Assembly: GCA_039808985.1 (NCBI GenBank)
Contig: JBDHUC010000008.1
Span: 79-64,078, forward strand
DNA from: Alphaproteobacteria bacterium
GTDB lineage: Bacteria; Pseudomonadota; Alphaproteobacteria; Rickettsiales; SXRF01
DNA length: 64,000 bases
Direction: 5' to 3'
The number at the start of each line of letters is the position of its first letter. Position 1 is the first letter of the stretch. The position numbers and the translations under genes are program-made. A model generated the notes under the pieces. The model saw only the letters and a list, made by a program, of their open reading frames with translations, was not told where the DNA came from and did not search any database. Below are positions 20,299 through 32,047 of the stretch, in pieces.

Positions 20299-20941
20299 TG
20301 GATACCTTCTTTTCTGCTGGTTTAGCTGCTAATTTTTCCGGCGCAATCATACGCAAAACTTCCTTCGCGCGACTGGCAAGAGATATTGGGGTTTTTTCAT
20401 CATTGGCCAGCGCAGCGAATATATCAGCCGCTTCCGCATTTTTTCCACGACCCAACAACTGCCATGCCTTCTGCTCGGCAAGCGTATGATAAAATGGGGA
20501 AGATTGCGGGGCGTCTATTGCCTCGCCATCACCGATTGCCTTTACTTTTACAAGGGCGCCAAGGCTTGAGCCATTATCATTTTTTGCGAGGGACTCATAA
20601 GTTTTTTTAACGCCTTCATCATCGCCTGCCTGATATTGCGCAATCGCCTTTTGCAACATCGCAATCACATAATATGGTGATGATGTGTCATCTGCAACAT
20701 TTGAGAATATGCTTACAGCGCCTTTATAATCACCCGTATTCATATGCTCGGAACCGCTTAGCAACTGCGCGGTTTTTGCCTCCGCCTGACGCTGGCTGTA
20801 ATCATCCCAGGCCACGTATATTGCGGTAAACGCAATTATGGCAACGCTTCCCCATATCGCAAAACGGCCAAAACTTTTCCAGATATTTTCCAGACGTTCG
20901 CGTTTTACTTCTTCCTCAATTTCCCTGAATAGTTCACTCAT
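20291..20941 (-). CDS. membrane-anchored TPR-like protein (YfgM-like)
   Basis: 216-aa ORF with an N-terminal TM anchor (FAIWGSVAIIAFTAIYVAW) followed by a helical-repeat region. It overlaps the bamB start by 8 nt. Confidence 0.55.
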   Translation of the reverse strand: MSELFREIEEEVKRERLENIWKSFGRFAIWGSVAIIAFTAIYVAWDDYSQRQAEAKTAQLLSGSEHMNTGDYKGAVSIFSNVADDTSSPYYVIAMLQKAIAQYQAGDDEGVKKTYESLAKNDNGSSLGALVKVKAIGDGEAIDAPQSSPFYHTLAEQKAWQLLGRGKNAEAADIFAALANDEKTPISLASRAKEVLRMIAPEKLAAKPAEKKVSNE

Positions 20942-21026
20942 ATTCTACTCCTAGTTATTAGAAGTCCTTCGCTCCGCTCAGTGTACTTTCTAATATTTTA
21001 TCAATTAAATATCTAACCCTAGCTCC

Positions 21027-21089
21027 AAATCCTATTATTATGTGGCAACAAGCGCAGCAAACAAAGCGTTTGCCCATAATAATAGGATT

Positions 21090-21090
<1 letters not shown>
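21027..21090 (-). terminator. long AT-rich hairpin abutting the guaA stop codon
   Basis: Arms at 21027-21048 and 21070-21090 pair over 21 bp with one bulged T, around a 21-nt loop. The right arm touches the guaA stop (21090-21092). No obvious U-tract follows on the minus strand. Confidence 0.35.
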
Positions 21091-22629
<1,539 letters not shown>

Positions 22630-22637
<8 letters not shown>

Positions 22638-23202
22638 TTAAAAAAACTTCTACTTTATGTTTAATTTTATTGTTAGCGGCTTTTTCATCACCATCTCTTA
22701 TCAAATCTTCCTTTATGCCAGTTTTTATAAGCTGCTCCTTCACCAGTTCCATCCTCTTATGAGATAATCCTGCATCTGTTTTTCTTGATGCCGATTTATC
22801 TATAATAGCAACCTCATAATCACTAATTCCTGCCAGTTTTTCCAGCATACCTTTTAATACGGCATTTGAAGCGGGAGTTATCTTAACTGTTTCAGGCTCA
22901 AAGAAAACAACAAAAGAAGTTGTTGTTGCCGCCATAGTTTGAATCGGCTTTTTATTTATGCTTTTTTTGCGGATATTTCTATCTATTTTTTTACAGCTAT
23001 CAATTTGGGGCTTCCTGGCAATTTTCTTTTGTTTTTTAGCCTGCGGCTTATGCACAGTTTTTTTAATTATTTTATGATGACTTACAGCGGATTGGTGGCT
23101 TACAACAGGCAACACTTCCTGGGCAGGCTTTTCAGCAAAATCATCCGAGCAGCCAGCAAGCAAAATAAGGGTAAGCAAGCTTATAGCAGCCGGTTTAATC
23201 AT
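22630..23202 (-). CDS. lipoprotein with lysine-rich linker and degenerate OmpA-C-like domain
   Basis: 190-aa ORF with lipobox LLAGC and a basic low-complexity middle ([20 protein letters not shown]). The C-terminal pattern F..ET..I....N..L......L......V.I.D......D..LS..R...V...L resembles an OmpA/MotB-type domain. It overlaps the guaA start by 8 nt. Confidence 0.4.
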
Positions 23203-24052
23203 TAGCGGAAACCGCCAGCAGGTGGCGGGAAGAAGTTACAAGAATCTCAACCCCATCGCTGCTTTGCTCATCATCATTGCTTAAATGAACTGCATCAGCC
23301 GATAATTTTTCAGCATCCAGCTTGCCAAACACTATCTTTTTCTTAGGGATACGCGCCTTAACCAACTCACTGCGAATATTTTTCAGGCGCCTGTCTGTAA
23401 GATATTTACTTTTCATATCCTTTGCATCCATATCGGAAACAAGCTGGACAATATAATCTTTCCTGCCTTTCAATTCCTGCACGATCTCCCTGATAACGTC
23501 AACTTCCTCACCACCAAGCTCTGCGCTTCCCGGTACAAATTCTATGCGGTTATCGCTGGCATCGCCAAATTCCATATGGTCAGCAATCATACGCATTTCA
23601 TTGTAAGAAGTTGCAAACTCGCTGGCACATGAATTTTTAATATCAGGCTGCGCTTTTTTATTTTCCTGACCATTCCAGCAATCGAACAACAACTGCATCC
23701 GCGCAGCCCTTTGCGGCTCAGTTTTTTTCACTTCATCATCCAGCAATTCAACAAGCCCGTAACGCGCCGACGCCAGCTTTTTTACATCAGCAGAAGAAGG
23801 ATTAACCTTGTCTGGCTCCACTTCCTCGCCCTTTGCAGCCCTTACGCCCTTAGCCGCGTAATAGTCAGCCGAATGGCTGCGGTCCTGCTCTATTTCTGAT
23901 TCGCTATAAGCTAAATATTCAGCCGCCAGCGAGCCATTAAAATCTTTTTCCTTGGGATTTATTTCCTTTAGCTGCTGCAAATTGGATGTACATCCTGCAA
24001 GTAAAATCACAGGTACCAGGCGCATTATAAATGGACAAAGGTGAAAACGCAT
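23195..24052 (-). CDS. lipoprotein with helical N-domain and degenerate OmpA-C-like domain
   Basis: Lipobox ILLAGC. The C-terminal segment IEFVPGSAELGGEEVDVIREIVQELKGRKDYIVQLVSDMD...LTDRRLKNIRSELVKARIP is OmpA-like. The ORF-track start at 24061 is TTG; in-frame ATGs lie at 24052 and 24025. It overlaps the downstream lipoprotein gene by 8 nt. Confidence 0.4.
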   Translation of the reverse strand: MRFHLCPFIMRLVPVILLAGCTSNLQQLKEINPKEKDFNGSLAAEYLAYSESEIEQDRSHSADYYAAKGVRAAKGEEVEPDKVNPSSADVKKLASARYGLVELLDDEVKKTEPQRAARMQLLFDCWNGQENKKAQPDIKNSCASEFATSYNEMRMIADHMEFGDASDNRIEFVPGSAELGGEEVDVIREIVQELKGRKDYIVQLVSDMDAKDMKSKYLTDRRLKNIRSELVKARIPKKKIVFGKLDAEKLSADAVHLSNDDEQSSDGVEILVTSSRHLLAVSAND

Positions 24053-24209
24053 ATGCTGCAAGTATAAGTTAATTATGACTAATTAGTGCATAACATAGCG
24101 ATTTTATTGAATTTGTATAGTCTATTATTGGTAATTTTAATTTACTATTGCATTAGGTGGGATTTGCCCCTATATAGCCACCAAGTTTAAATTCCAAGGA
24201 GTAACTAAA

Positions 24210-24632
24210 ATGGCTAAGCAACGCACTTTCTCGATAATCAAACCTGACGCTACCCAGCGCAACCTTACCGGGAAAATCAACGCCAAATTTGAAGGACAAG
24301 GCCTGCGTATCGTTGCACAGAAACGCCTGCGCATGTCCCGCCTTCAGGCTCGCGAGTTTTATGCTGTGCACAAGGAACGCCCGTTCTATGAAGAACTGGT
24401 TGAGTATATGGTTTCCGGCCCGGTTGTGGTGCAGGTTTTAGAGGGCGAAAACGCTGTCCTTAAAAACCGCGAGATAATGGGCGCAACCGACCCGTCAAAG
24501 GCTGATGCCGGTACTATACGCAAGGAATTTGGCGAAAATATTGAGCGCAATTCTGTACATGGCTCCGACAGCGCAGAAAACGCAGCAACCGAGATCAGCT
24601 TCTTCTTCAGCGGAACAGAAATCGTTGGATAA
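24210..24632 (+). CDS. ndk: nucleoside-diphosphate kinase
   Basis: 140-aa ORF with TFSIIKPDA and the active-site motif NSVHGSDS. Confidence 0.95.
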   Translation: MAKQRTFSIIKPDATQRNLTGKINAKFEGQGLRIVAQKRLRMSRLQAREFYAVHKERPFYEELVEYMVSGPVVVQVLEGENAVLKNREIMGATDPSKADAGTIRKEFGENIERNSVHGSDSAENAATEISFFFSGTEIVG

Positions 24633-24659
24633 TATTACAGCGTAATATGCTGTGATATT
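24631..24659. terminator. shared hairpin between convergent ndk and uvrB
   Basis: Arms AATATTACAGC (24631-24641) and GCTGTGATATT (24649-24659) form 11 bp including one G-U pair, with a 7-nt loop. The arms overlap both stop codons. T-runs flank it on either strand. Confidence 0.45.
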
Positions 24660-26670
24660 ATTGCTTTTTATTCGCCTTACCGGTTTTCTTTTCGGAATTT
24701 TCCAGCTTGTCTATTATATTGCGCAGGCGGGCGGCTTCTTCAAATTCAAGATCGGAAGCGGCTTCAAGCATTTTGCCGCGCAGCTTGGCGATATATTTAT
24801 CCTTATCCTTGCCGTCATCTTTCACATCATATTTCTTGAGGGTGGTAGCAACGGTATAATGATCCTGCTCATAAACCGATTCGATAATTTCTCCGATTTT
24901 CTTGCTTACTGAAGCAGGTGTTATGCCATTGGCTTCATTATAAGCCATCTGAACCTTACGGCGGCGATCGGTTTCATCCAGCGCTATACGCATGGAGTTG
25001 GTTATTTTATCGGCATATAGAATCACGAGGCTATCAACATTGCGTGCCGCCCGGCCTATGGTCTGGATAAGCGATGTTGCCGAACGCAGGAAACCTTCCT
25101 TGTCAGCATCGAGGATGGCCACCAGGCCGCATTCGGGTATATCGAGCCCTTCACGCAGCAGATTTACACCAATCAGAACATCGAATTTGCCAAGGCGCAG
25201 ATCGCGGATGATCTCTATGCGCTCCAGCGTTTCCACATCCGAATGCAGGTAGCGCACACCTATACCTGCCTCATTCATATAATCGGTAAGCTCTTCGGCC
25301 ATGCGCTTGGTAAGGGTTGTGACCAGGACACGTTGTTTCTTTTTAATTCGGATATGGCATTCAGCCAGCAGGTCATCAACCTGCGAGGCAACCGGACGTA
25401 TATCGCAAGGCGGGTCTATAAGCCCGGTTGGACGGATTATCTGCTCAATAAATGCGCCGCCGGTTGCTTCCAGCTCCCACTTGCCAGGAGTCGCTGAAAC
25501 AAATACGGAATCAGGGCGGCGCGCATCCCATTCTTCAAAGGTCAAAGGGCGGTTGTCCAATGCAGAAGGCAGGCGGAACCCATATTCCACCAAAGTATTT
25601 TTCCGCGCCCTGTCACCGCTGGACATGCCGCCTATCTGCGGCACAGTGACATGGCTTTCATCTACAAATAACAATGCATTTTTTGGCAGGTACTGGAATA
25701 ACGTTGGCGGCGGTTCACCCGTCCCGGTTCCGGCAAGGTAACGTGAGTAATTCTCGATCCCGCGGCAGGAGCCTGTTTCCATAAGCATTTCCAGGTCATA
25801 AGTTGTGCGCTGTTCCAGGCGCTGGGCCTCCAGCAATTTCCCAGTATTGTAAAACTGATCTAATCGGGTTTTAAGTTCGCTTTTTATCTGGATTATCGCC
25901 TTTTCTACAGTCGGGCGCGGGGTTACGTAATGGCTGTTGGCATAGATAGTTATTTCATCAAGCTTTACTTTTACCTCTCCGGTAAGCGGATCAAATTCAT
26001 TGATTATCTCCACCTCATCGCCAAAAAAGGAAATGCGCCATGCGGTGTCTTCATAATGCGCGGGAAATAAATCTATCGTATCGCCACGTACACGGAAAGT
26101 GCCACGGGAAAAATCCATGTCATTACGCTTATATTGCAGCTCGACAAGGCTTTTTATAAACTCACGCTGGGTTTTTGTTTCACCACGCCTTATGGTCTGC
26201 GTCATCTGCGAATACATTTCCACCGAGCCGATACCATAAATGCAGGAAACCGAGGCAACAACTATTACATCCTTGCGCTCAAGCATGGCGCGGGTTGCGG
26301 AATGGCGCATCCGGTCTATCTGCTCATTAACCGAGGAGTCTTTTTCAATAAAAGTATCGCTCTTGGGGACGTAGGCTTCGGGCTGGTAATAATCATAATA
26401 GGAAACAAAATATTCAACGGCATTATGCGGAAAAAAACTTTTCATCTCTGAATAAAGCTGGGCAGCAAGGGTTTTATTATGCGCCATTATGAGCGCCGGG
26501 CGCTGGGTTTGCTGGATGACATGCGCCATGGTAAAAGTTTTTCCCGAACCGGTAACGCCGAGCAATACCTGGTCGTGCTCATGTTTACCAAGTCCGGAAA
26601 CCAGGCCTGCAATCGCCGCAGGCTGATCGCCTGCCGGTTTATAATCAGAAACTAGCTGGAAGTTTGCCAT
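24658..26670 (-). CDS. uvrB: excinuclease ABC subunit B
   Basis: 670-aa ORF with Walker [13 protein letters not shown], helicase motifs and a C-terminal UVR domain ([11 protein letters not shown]). Confidence 0.95.
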   Translation of the reverse strand: MANFQLVSDYKPAGDQPAAIAGLVSGLGKHEHDQVLLGVTGSGKTFTMAHVIQQTQRPALIMAHNKTLAAQLYSEMKSFFPHNAVEYFVSYYDYYQPEAYVPKSDTFIEKDSSVNEQIDRMRHSATRAMLERKDVIVVASVSCIYGIGSVEMYSQMTQTIRRGETKTQREFIKSLVELQYKRNDMDFSRGTFRVRGDTIDLFPAHYEDTAWRISFFGDEVEIINEFDPLTGEVKVKLDEITIYANSHYVTPRPTVEKAIIQIKSELKTRLDQFYNTGKLLEAQRLEQRTTYDLEMLMETGSCRGIENYSRYLAGTGTGEPPPTLFQYLPKNALLFVDESHVTVPQIGGMSSGDRARKNTLVEYGFRLPSALDNRPLTFEEWDARRPDSVFVSATPGKWELEATGGAFIEQIIRPTGLIDPPCDIRPVASQVDDLLAECHIRIKKKQRVLVTTLTKRMAEELTDYMNEAGIGVRYLHSDVETLERIEIIRDLRLGKFDVLIGVNLLREGLDIPECGLVAILDADKEGFLRSATSLIQTIGRAARNVDSLVILYADKITNSMRIALDETDRRRKVQMAYNEANGITPASVSKKIGEIIESVYEQDHYTVATTLKKYDVKDDGKDKDKYIAKLRGKMLEAASDLEFEEAARLRNIIDKLENSEKKTGKANKKQ

Positions 26671-26733
26671 ATTGATACTGGTATTACGCCGGGAATTAAA
26701 ATTCCATATTAAACACAGCGATATATCTGGCTA

Positions 26734-27675
26734 TTATTTATGATTACCAAATATGCCGCCCTGTTCATTTAATTTTATAACCGCAGGCCCAAGTATTATC
26801 ATGAATAATGCCGGAAGGATAAATAAAATCAAAGGCAGGGTGATTAATGCCGGAAGGCGTGCCGCGCGCTCTTCAGCTTTTAACATACGGTCGGTACGCT
26901 GCTCTTCAGCGATCATGCGCATGGTATCTACCAGGCTGGTTCCGAATCTTTCCGCTTGAATGAGAGAAGAAACAAGTGTGCGTACGGCCCCGGTAGCAGC
27001 ACGATCACCAAAATTCTGCAATGCCTGAACACGATCACTCATCATGGTCATTTCAAAGCGGGTACGCTCGAATTCAGCAGCAACAATAGGGTGCGAGTCC
27101 TTCATTTCTTTGCACACACGGGCAAAGGCAGCATCAATACCAAGTCCGGATTCAACGCATATAAGTATCATATCCAGAGCATCCGGGAAAGTTTTGGTAA
27201 GCTCCTGTATCCTTTTTTGTTCGCTATTCTTTAAAAAAAGGCTGCTGCCGAACGAACCAACAACTACCAGTAGCAGCGAGGTTATAAATAATGCCAGATG
27301 CTCCTTGTAGCTTTCGCGGTTCACAAAAAACAACTGGAACAAAATATAAACACCTATAACCAGGACAACCGGCTGGACGACGCGCTTGAAGAAGATAAAA
27401 TAAATAAGCGCTTTCTGGCTGTTGTAACCAGCCTTTGCAAGCATGATAGAGCTGCTGCGCTGGTGCTGCAGATTAACGCCAAAAATCGTAAGAAGCTGTT
27501 TAAGCACTATAGCAGTAGCGGTAAGGCCGTGCCCTTCCTGCTCCGGAAGCACCTCAGCTACCTGCTCGGCCCGCGCTTTATTGCGGTCTTTGCTGAATAA
27601 GCTGACCATAGCCATGTAAGCAGTAAAAATGCCTACAGCTATTAACGCGTAGCTTAAATATTGTGAATAATCCAT
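26734..27675 (-). CDS. tadC: Tad pilus inner-membrane platform protein TadC (GspF-like)
   Basis: 313-aa polytopic ORF carrying a T2SS-F-type domain (FPDALDMILICVESGLGIDAAF). It follows tadB with a 3-nt gap. Confidence 0.8.
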   Translation of the reverse strand: MDYSQYLSYALIAVGIFTAYMAMVSLFSKDRNKARAEQVAEVLPEQEGHGLTATAIVLKQLLTIFGVNLQHQRSSSIMLAKAGYNSQKALIYFIFFKRVVQPVVLVIGVYILFQLFFVNRESYKEHLALFITSLLLVVVGSFGSSLFLKNSEQKRIQELTKTFPDALDMILICVESGLGIDAAFARVCKEMKDSHPIVAAEFERTRFEMTMMSDRVQALQNFGDRAATGAVRTLVSSLIQAERFGTSLVDTMRMIAEEQRTDRMLKAEERAARLPALITLPLILFILPALFMIILGPAVIKLNEQGGIFGNHK

Positions 27676-27678
27676 ATA

Positions 27679-28668
27679 CTATATCTCCATATTAACCATA
27701 TTGCGGATGATCCATACACCAATCCCTATTGTAATTATCGTGGCGGCGATAATCATATGGCCAAGCTTTGTAACAAAGAGGGGAACAAGGTAATTAGGGT
27801 CAACAATATGGATAGCAAGCGCTACAATCAAAGGCAAAGCACCAAGCACCCAGCCGGTAAACCTGCCTTCGGAAGTAATGGCAAAAATCTTCTTGGCCAT
27901 CATTTTGCGCTTACGGATAAGAGATGAGAGGTTGCCAAGCACTTCAGCAAGGCTTCCGCCAACTTCCTGCTGCAAGGTAAGAACTACTACGAAGAAGTTT
28001 ATATCCGGCGTATGCATCCTTTTGCCAAGGCGCACCAGTGCGTCAACCAGGGTGCTGCCATGGACCACTTCAGTGGACATTTTTTTAAATTCTTCGCTGG
28101 TTGGCGCCTGCATGCTTTCTGCAACCATGTTAACTGCGGCATTAAGGGGGAAACCTGACTTAACGCTGCGTACAATAATATCAAGCGCATCAGGGAACTG
28201 GTCGATGAATTTGCGGATACGGCTCTGCCTGTTGCTTTCAATAATGCGCCACGCCGCAAGATATGTCCCTGCTATTGCGCACAACAGGATTACAATTCCA
28301 TTTTTTGTTATATGCATGAGGGGAAGGAGCATCATAATGGCAAAAAATATGCCGACACAGGTTACGAAGAAACGGTCAACAGAACTGGCCATACCGGCTC
28401 GCACCAGGTATTTATGGGAAAATTTGCCAAGCGGCATCGAATAATATATACGCGCCAAAACCCCGGTTGATTGCATACGATCGCTGCGCAGGTCAGCTTC
28501 CAGCTCGCTGCCATCGCTTTCTTCTTCCCCGGATTGCTCAAGATCCTTTAACTGCTTGCGGGTAAAAGTTGTGGAATCATCAGTAAAGCTTTTAGGAAGC
28601 AGCAAAACGCCGATTACATATACCAGAACGCCAACAAAAAAGGCTATAACTATCGGAAATGAACTCAT
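27679..28668 (-). CDS. tadB: Tad pilus inner-membrane platform protein TadB (GspF-like)
   Basis: 329-aa polytopic ORF carrying a T2SS-F-type domain (FPDALDIIVRSVKSGFPLNAAV). It lies downstream of cpaF. Confidence 0.8.
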   Translation of the reverse strand: MSSFPIVIAFFVGVLVYVIGVLLLPKSFTDDSTTFTRKQLKDLEQSGEEESDGSELEADLRSDRMQSTGVLARIYYSMPLGKFSHKYLVRAGMASSVDRFFVTCVGIFFAIMMLLPLMHITKNGIVILLCAIAGTYLAAWRIIESNRQSRIRKFIDQFPDALDIIVRSVKSGFPLNAAVNMVAESMQAPTSEEFKKMSTEVVHGSTLVDALVRLGKRMHTPDINFFVVVLTLQQEVGGSLAEVLGNLSSLIRKRKMMAKKIFAITSEGRFTGWVLGALPLIVALAIHIVDPNYLVPLFVTKLGHMIIAATIITIGIGVWIIRNMVNMEI

Positions 28669-28697
28669 ATTTTATCCATATTTATATTTTATATATC

Positions 28698-30149
28698 CTA
28701 GCTATTATCAGTTAAACCAAGGCTAGCCAACATTTCTTTTTCAAAGCCAAAATACGATGCCTGGGACAGAAATACCGGTTTAACACCGGTGCAGTAAAAT
28801 TCACCGGTAAGTATGCCATCTTCACCCATATGCCCCGACCTGAACCCGAACAGGAGCTGCGTCGCTATTTCGCCACCTTCCATACCAATCACCTCTTCAA
28901 CATGGGTAATACGGCGCTTACCATCCCTTTGCCTTGCCACCTGCACTATCAGATGCAGCGCGCTTGCTATCTGGCTCTTAAGCGACCCCGAAGACATATT
29001 AACCTTCGACATGCCAACCAGGTTCTCTATTCGGCTCAAGGCATCGCGCGGCGTATTGGCATGGATTGTGGCCATTGAACCATCATGACCTGTATTCATC
29101 GCTGACAATACGTCGATTACCTCATCACTTCGTATTTCCCCGATAATAATACGGTCAGGGCGCATGCGAAGCGCGTTTTTAACCAACTGGCGGGCCGTAA
29201 TCTCACCTGCCCCCTGCATATTAGGCGGACGGGTTTCCATACGCAATACGTGCGGCTGCTGAAGCTGCAGCTCGGCTGTATCCTCAACGGTTATAACACG
29301 CTCTTTATGCTCAATACTTCCCGATAATGCATTAAGCAAAGTTGTTTTACCGCTACCAGTACCGCCAGATATTAATATATTTAAACGAATATGTCCACAA
29401 ATTGACAAAAAATCTACCATTTGCTTATTCATTGAGCCAAAATCCACATATTCCTTGAGGGCTATTTTCTGACGGCGGAACTTACGGATTGAAACCAGTG
29501 AGCCATCAAGTGCAAGCGGCGGAATTATAGCATTAAAACGCGAGCCATCAGGCATTCTCGCATCCACCATAGGGCTGGACTCGTCTACGCGCCTTCCCAC
29601 GATTGACACAATTTTCTGGATAACGTTCAACAAATGCTTTTCGCTGGTAAAATTTATGTCAGTTAAGGCAATTTTGCCATTTTTCTCAACAAATACGCGC
29701 TTACTGCCGTTAATCATAATATCGGAAACATCAGGATCGGCCATTAACACTTCCAAAGGGCCAAATCCCAGCAGGTCATCAATTGCCTGCTCGACCAGCA
29801 GGCTGACCTGTCCGGTGGTGAGGGGAATTGAGATTTCTTCGCGGATTATCTGAGAGGCTATCTCCCCCACCCGCGACCGCTTCATCTCATCGGTCATCTG
29901 CTCTAAAAGACCGAATTCTATGCGGTCGAGGATTTTTTCCGTAAGATATGACTTAGCTAAAAGATACTCATCATTTTCCAGGCTTTTATCTTTAAAAAAA
30001 AGCTCTATTTTATACCAGTCGTTATCTTCATGCTTAGAGGAGAAAATACCATTGTCATTAAAGCGGTTTTTAAGGGTTATTTTCTCTATATTACGGAATT
30101 GCTTGGTATCGACAAGCTCGGTTCCTTCGGAATGTTTTTTACCAAACAT
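28698..30149 (-). CDS. cpaF: Tad pilus secretion ATPase CpaF/TadA
   Basis: 483-aa ORF with Walker A GGTGSGKTTLLNAL and the Asp/His boxes of VirB11/GspE-type ATPases (IGEIRSDE, TGHDGSMATIHAN). Confidence 0.9.
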   Translation of the reverse strand: MFGKKHSEGTELVDTKQFRNIEKITLKNRFNDNGIFSSKHEDNDWYKIELFFKDKSLENDEYLLAKSYLTEKILDRIEFGLLEQMTDEMKRSRVGEIASQIIREEISIPLTTGQVSLLVEQAIDDLLGFGPLEVLMADPDVSDIMINGSKRVFVEKNGKIALTDINFTSEKHLLNVIQKIVSIVGRRVDESSPMVDARMPDGSRFNAIIPPLALDGSLVSIRKFRRQKIALKEYVDFGSMNKQMVDFLSICGHIRLNILISGGTGSGKTTLLNALSGSIEHKERVITVEDTAELQLQQPHVLRMETRPPNMQGAGEITARQLVKNALRMRPDRIIIGEIRSDEVIDVLSAMNTGHDGSMATIHANTPRDALSRIENLVGMSKVNMSSGSLKSQIASALHLIVQVARQRDGKRRITHVEEVIGMEGGEIATQLLFGFRSGHMGEDGILTGEFYCTGVKPVFLSQASYFGFEKEMLASLGLTDNS

Positions 30150-30152
30150 ATG

Positions 30153-31388
30153 CTATCCGCTCTTTTTGCCTAAAAAGGTAAGCAGGTTGATACGTCCGCC
30201 GCTGCCTAGCTGCGAATTACCTGATTTTTTGCCATCTGAGCCTTTACTTGCCAGTATGCTTTGTGTGAACTGGCGTATCTGCTGCTGGAGAAGTATGTTC
30301 TGCCCTATTTCAAAAAGGGTTTTTCCTTTGGATTCAGCGCTAACCACCGACTTAATATCATTGCTCAGGAAAGCCTCTATCTTATTGTGGGTTATGCGTT
30401 CAAAATCCTGAACTGTAATCCCTTCTTTAAATTTCGCACCACTACGGTTGATAACAAGAGAAATTGATTTTTCAGAAATACCCATGGCCTGCCATATGGC
30501 AAGAAGCCTTGAGGAATGCGTAAGAGAACGCAACCAGAGCTGGGCCACAATTACAACATGGTCTGAATATGTTACCGAGGCCGCTGTCCACCCTGTCCAG
30601 ATATGTGGAATATCAAGTATTACGTAGCTGAATTTGGTTCTAAGCAGGCTTATCAGGTCGCGGATCAACTCCGGGCGGATCATGGGAAGCTGCCTAAGCT
30701 CATGCGGAGAGCCTATGATGCTTAGATTCCTGCCATACCTTACCAGCATTTTTTCGACAAGCAGGTCATCAACGCCGCGCTCCGGGAAATCAAACAATTC
30801 ACGGATACCAAAAGGCGCTGTAAGATCCAGGCTTTTTGCTATAAGCCCGAATTGATAATCCATATCAATAAGCACTGTTGGCTGGTCAAATTCCTCAGCA
30901 AGGCAATAAGCCAGGTTAACCGCCATCGTGCTCGCTCCATCGCCAGATGCAGCGCTCATGCAGGATATAACCGTGCCTTTTTTCGATGATGCAGAAACTA
31001 CGCTGCTTTCATAACCGCTTTGCAACAATACATTGCGCAGGTCACTAACCTTGGCTGGCCTTGCGCAATATTCAGAAACGCCACGAGCGCGCAGTTCACG
31101 GTAAAAATTTATATCATTGACAGAGCCGATAACAACCACACGCACCTTAGGCTCGCAATGCAATGAAAGCTCATCAAGATCAGCAAATATTTCAGTGCTC
31201 TTATCTGCAATATCAATTATCAGGTAATCAGGAGAAACCGAACGGGCATTGAGCGCCGCCACGGCATCATTAATGCCGCCAACAACCATCTGCGCATCCG
31301 GATAACCGAGTCCGTTCGCCAATGTGCTAAGGTTTAGTCTCTCTTCCGGATCATAACATATAATTAAAAGAGGACTTAAAGCACTCAT
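30153..31388 (-). CDS. cpaE: Tad pilus localisation/assembly ATPase-like protein CpaE/TadZ
   Basis: 411-aa ORF with a receiver-like N-domain and a MinD/ParA-like domain carrying a deviant P-loop region (SAASGDGASTMAVNLAY). It sits between cpaD and cpaF. Confidence 0.75.
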   Translation of the reverse strand: MSALSPLLIICYDPEERLNLSTLANGLGYPDAQMVVGGINDAVAALNARSVSPDYLIIDIADKSTEIFADLDELSLHCEPKVRVVVIGSVNDINFYRELRARGVSEYCARPAKVSDLRNVLLQSGYESSVVSASSKKGTVISCMSAASGDGASTMAVNLAYCLAEEFDQPTVLIDMDYQFGLIAKSLDLTAPFGIRELFDFPERGVDDLLVEKMLVRYGRNLSIIGSPHELRQLPMIRPELIRDLISLLRTKFSYVILDIPHIWTGWTAASVTYSDHVVIVAQLWLRSLTHSSRLLAIWQAMGISEKSISLVINRSGAKFKEGITVQDFERITHNKIEAFLSNDIKSVVSAESKGKTLFEIGQNILLQQQIRQFTQSILASKGSDGKKSGNSQLGSGGRINLLTFLGKKSG

Positions 31389-31454
31389 GGATTATCCCTT
31401 TAAGAATTGATACGCAGGTATAATTCCTGAAAAATTATGTAATGCATTTATTGA

Positions 31455-32045
31455 CTATTTTCCACCCAGGGACGGACTCCAATCAGTGCTTTTAACCTGA
31501 CGCACAGCCATATTCTGCATATATGAACGGTAAGACTGGTTAGCCTTTTCAGCATCCGGCAAGTCTAACAGGGCAGGATTAGTAAATTCATGCTTATCAC
31601 TGACCATCTGAACTATATTACCAGCAACCGCACATCCGAAAGATGGATGGTTAAAGCTGCGGTTCCCTTCCATATTATCTATGAAATGCGGGTTACAATC
31701 ACGGGCAACCACCCTTTCATATGTAAGCACAACACGGTTATTCTGTTCGTTGCTCAAACGAATAGGCACTGAATTGCGCTCAAATATTTCTTTTGCCTGG
31801 GTGCAGCGGGCGCTTTTGAAAGAACATTTAAGCTGGGCGCTGGAAGGGCGGTCTTCAGCAACCATTTCCGCAAGCTTGGTCAAAGAGTTCTTAGGCTTCA
31901 GGCTGAAGGTAACAGTTTCAGAAGAACGATCTATAAAGCGCTCAGGATCACCACGGTTAACATAAACTTCGTTTGGCGTCCTGTCGCAGGCAGCAACTGA
32001 TAAAAGGCAAGCAAGCAAACTGTATTTTTTAAGTGACTGTTTCAT
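31455..32045 (-). CDS. cpaD: Tad pilus lipoprotein CpaD-like
   Basis: 196-aa ORF with lipobox SVAAC. Size and position (between cpaC and cpaE) match Caulobacter cpaD. The sequence itself is weakly diagnostic. Confidence 0.55.
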   Translation of the reverse strand: MKQSLKKYSLLACLLSVAACDRTPNEVYVNRGDPERFIDRSSETVTFSLKPKNSLTKLAEMVAEDRPSSAQLKCSFKSARCTQAKEIFERNSVPIRLSNEQNNRVVLTYERVVARDCNPHFIDNMEGNRSFNHPSFGCAVAGNIVQMVSDKHEFTNPALLDLPDAEKANQSYRSYMQNMAVRQVKSTDWSPSLGGK

Positions 32046-32047
32046 AA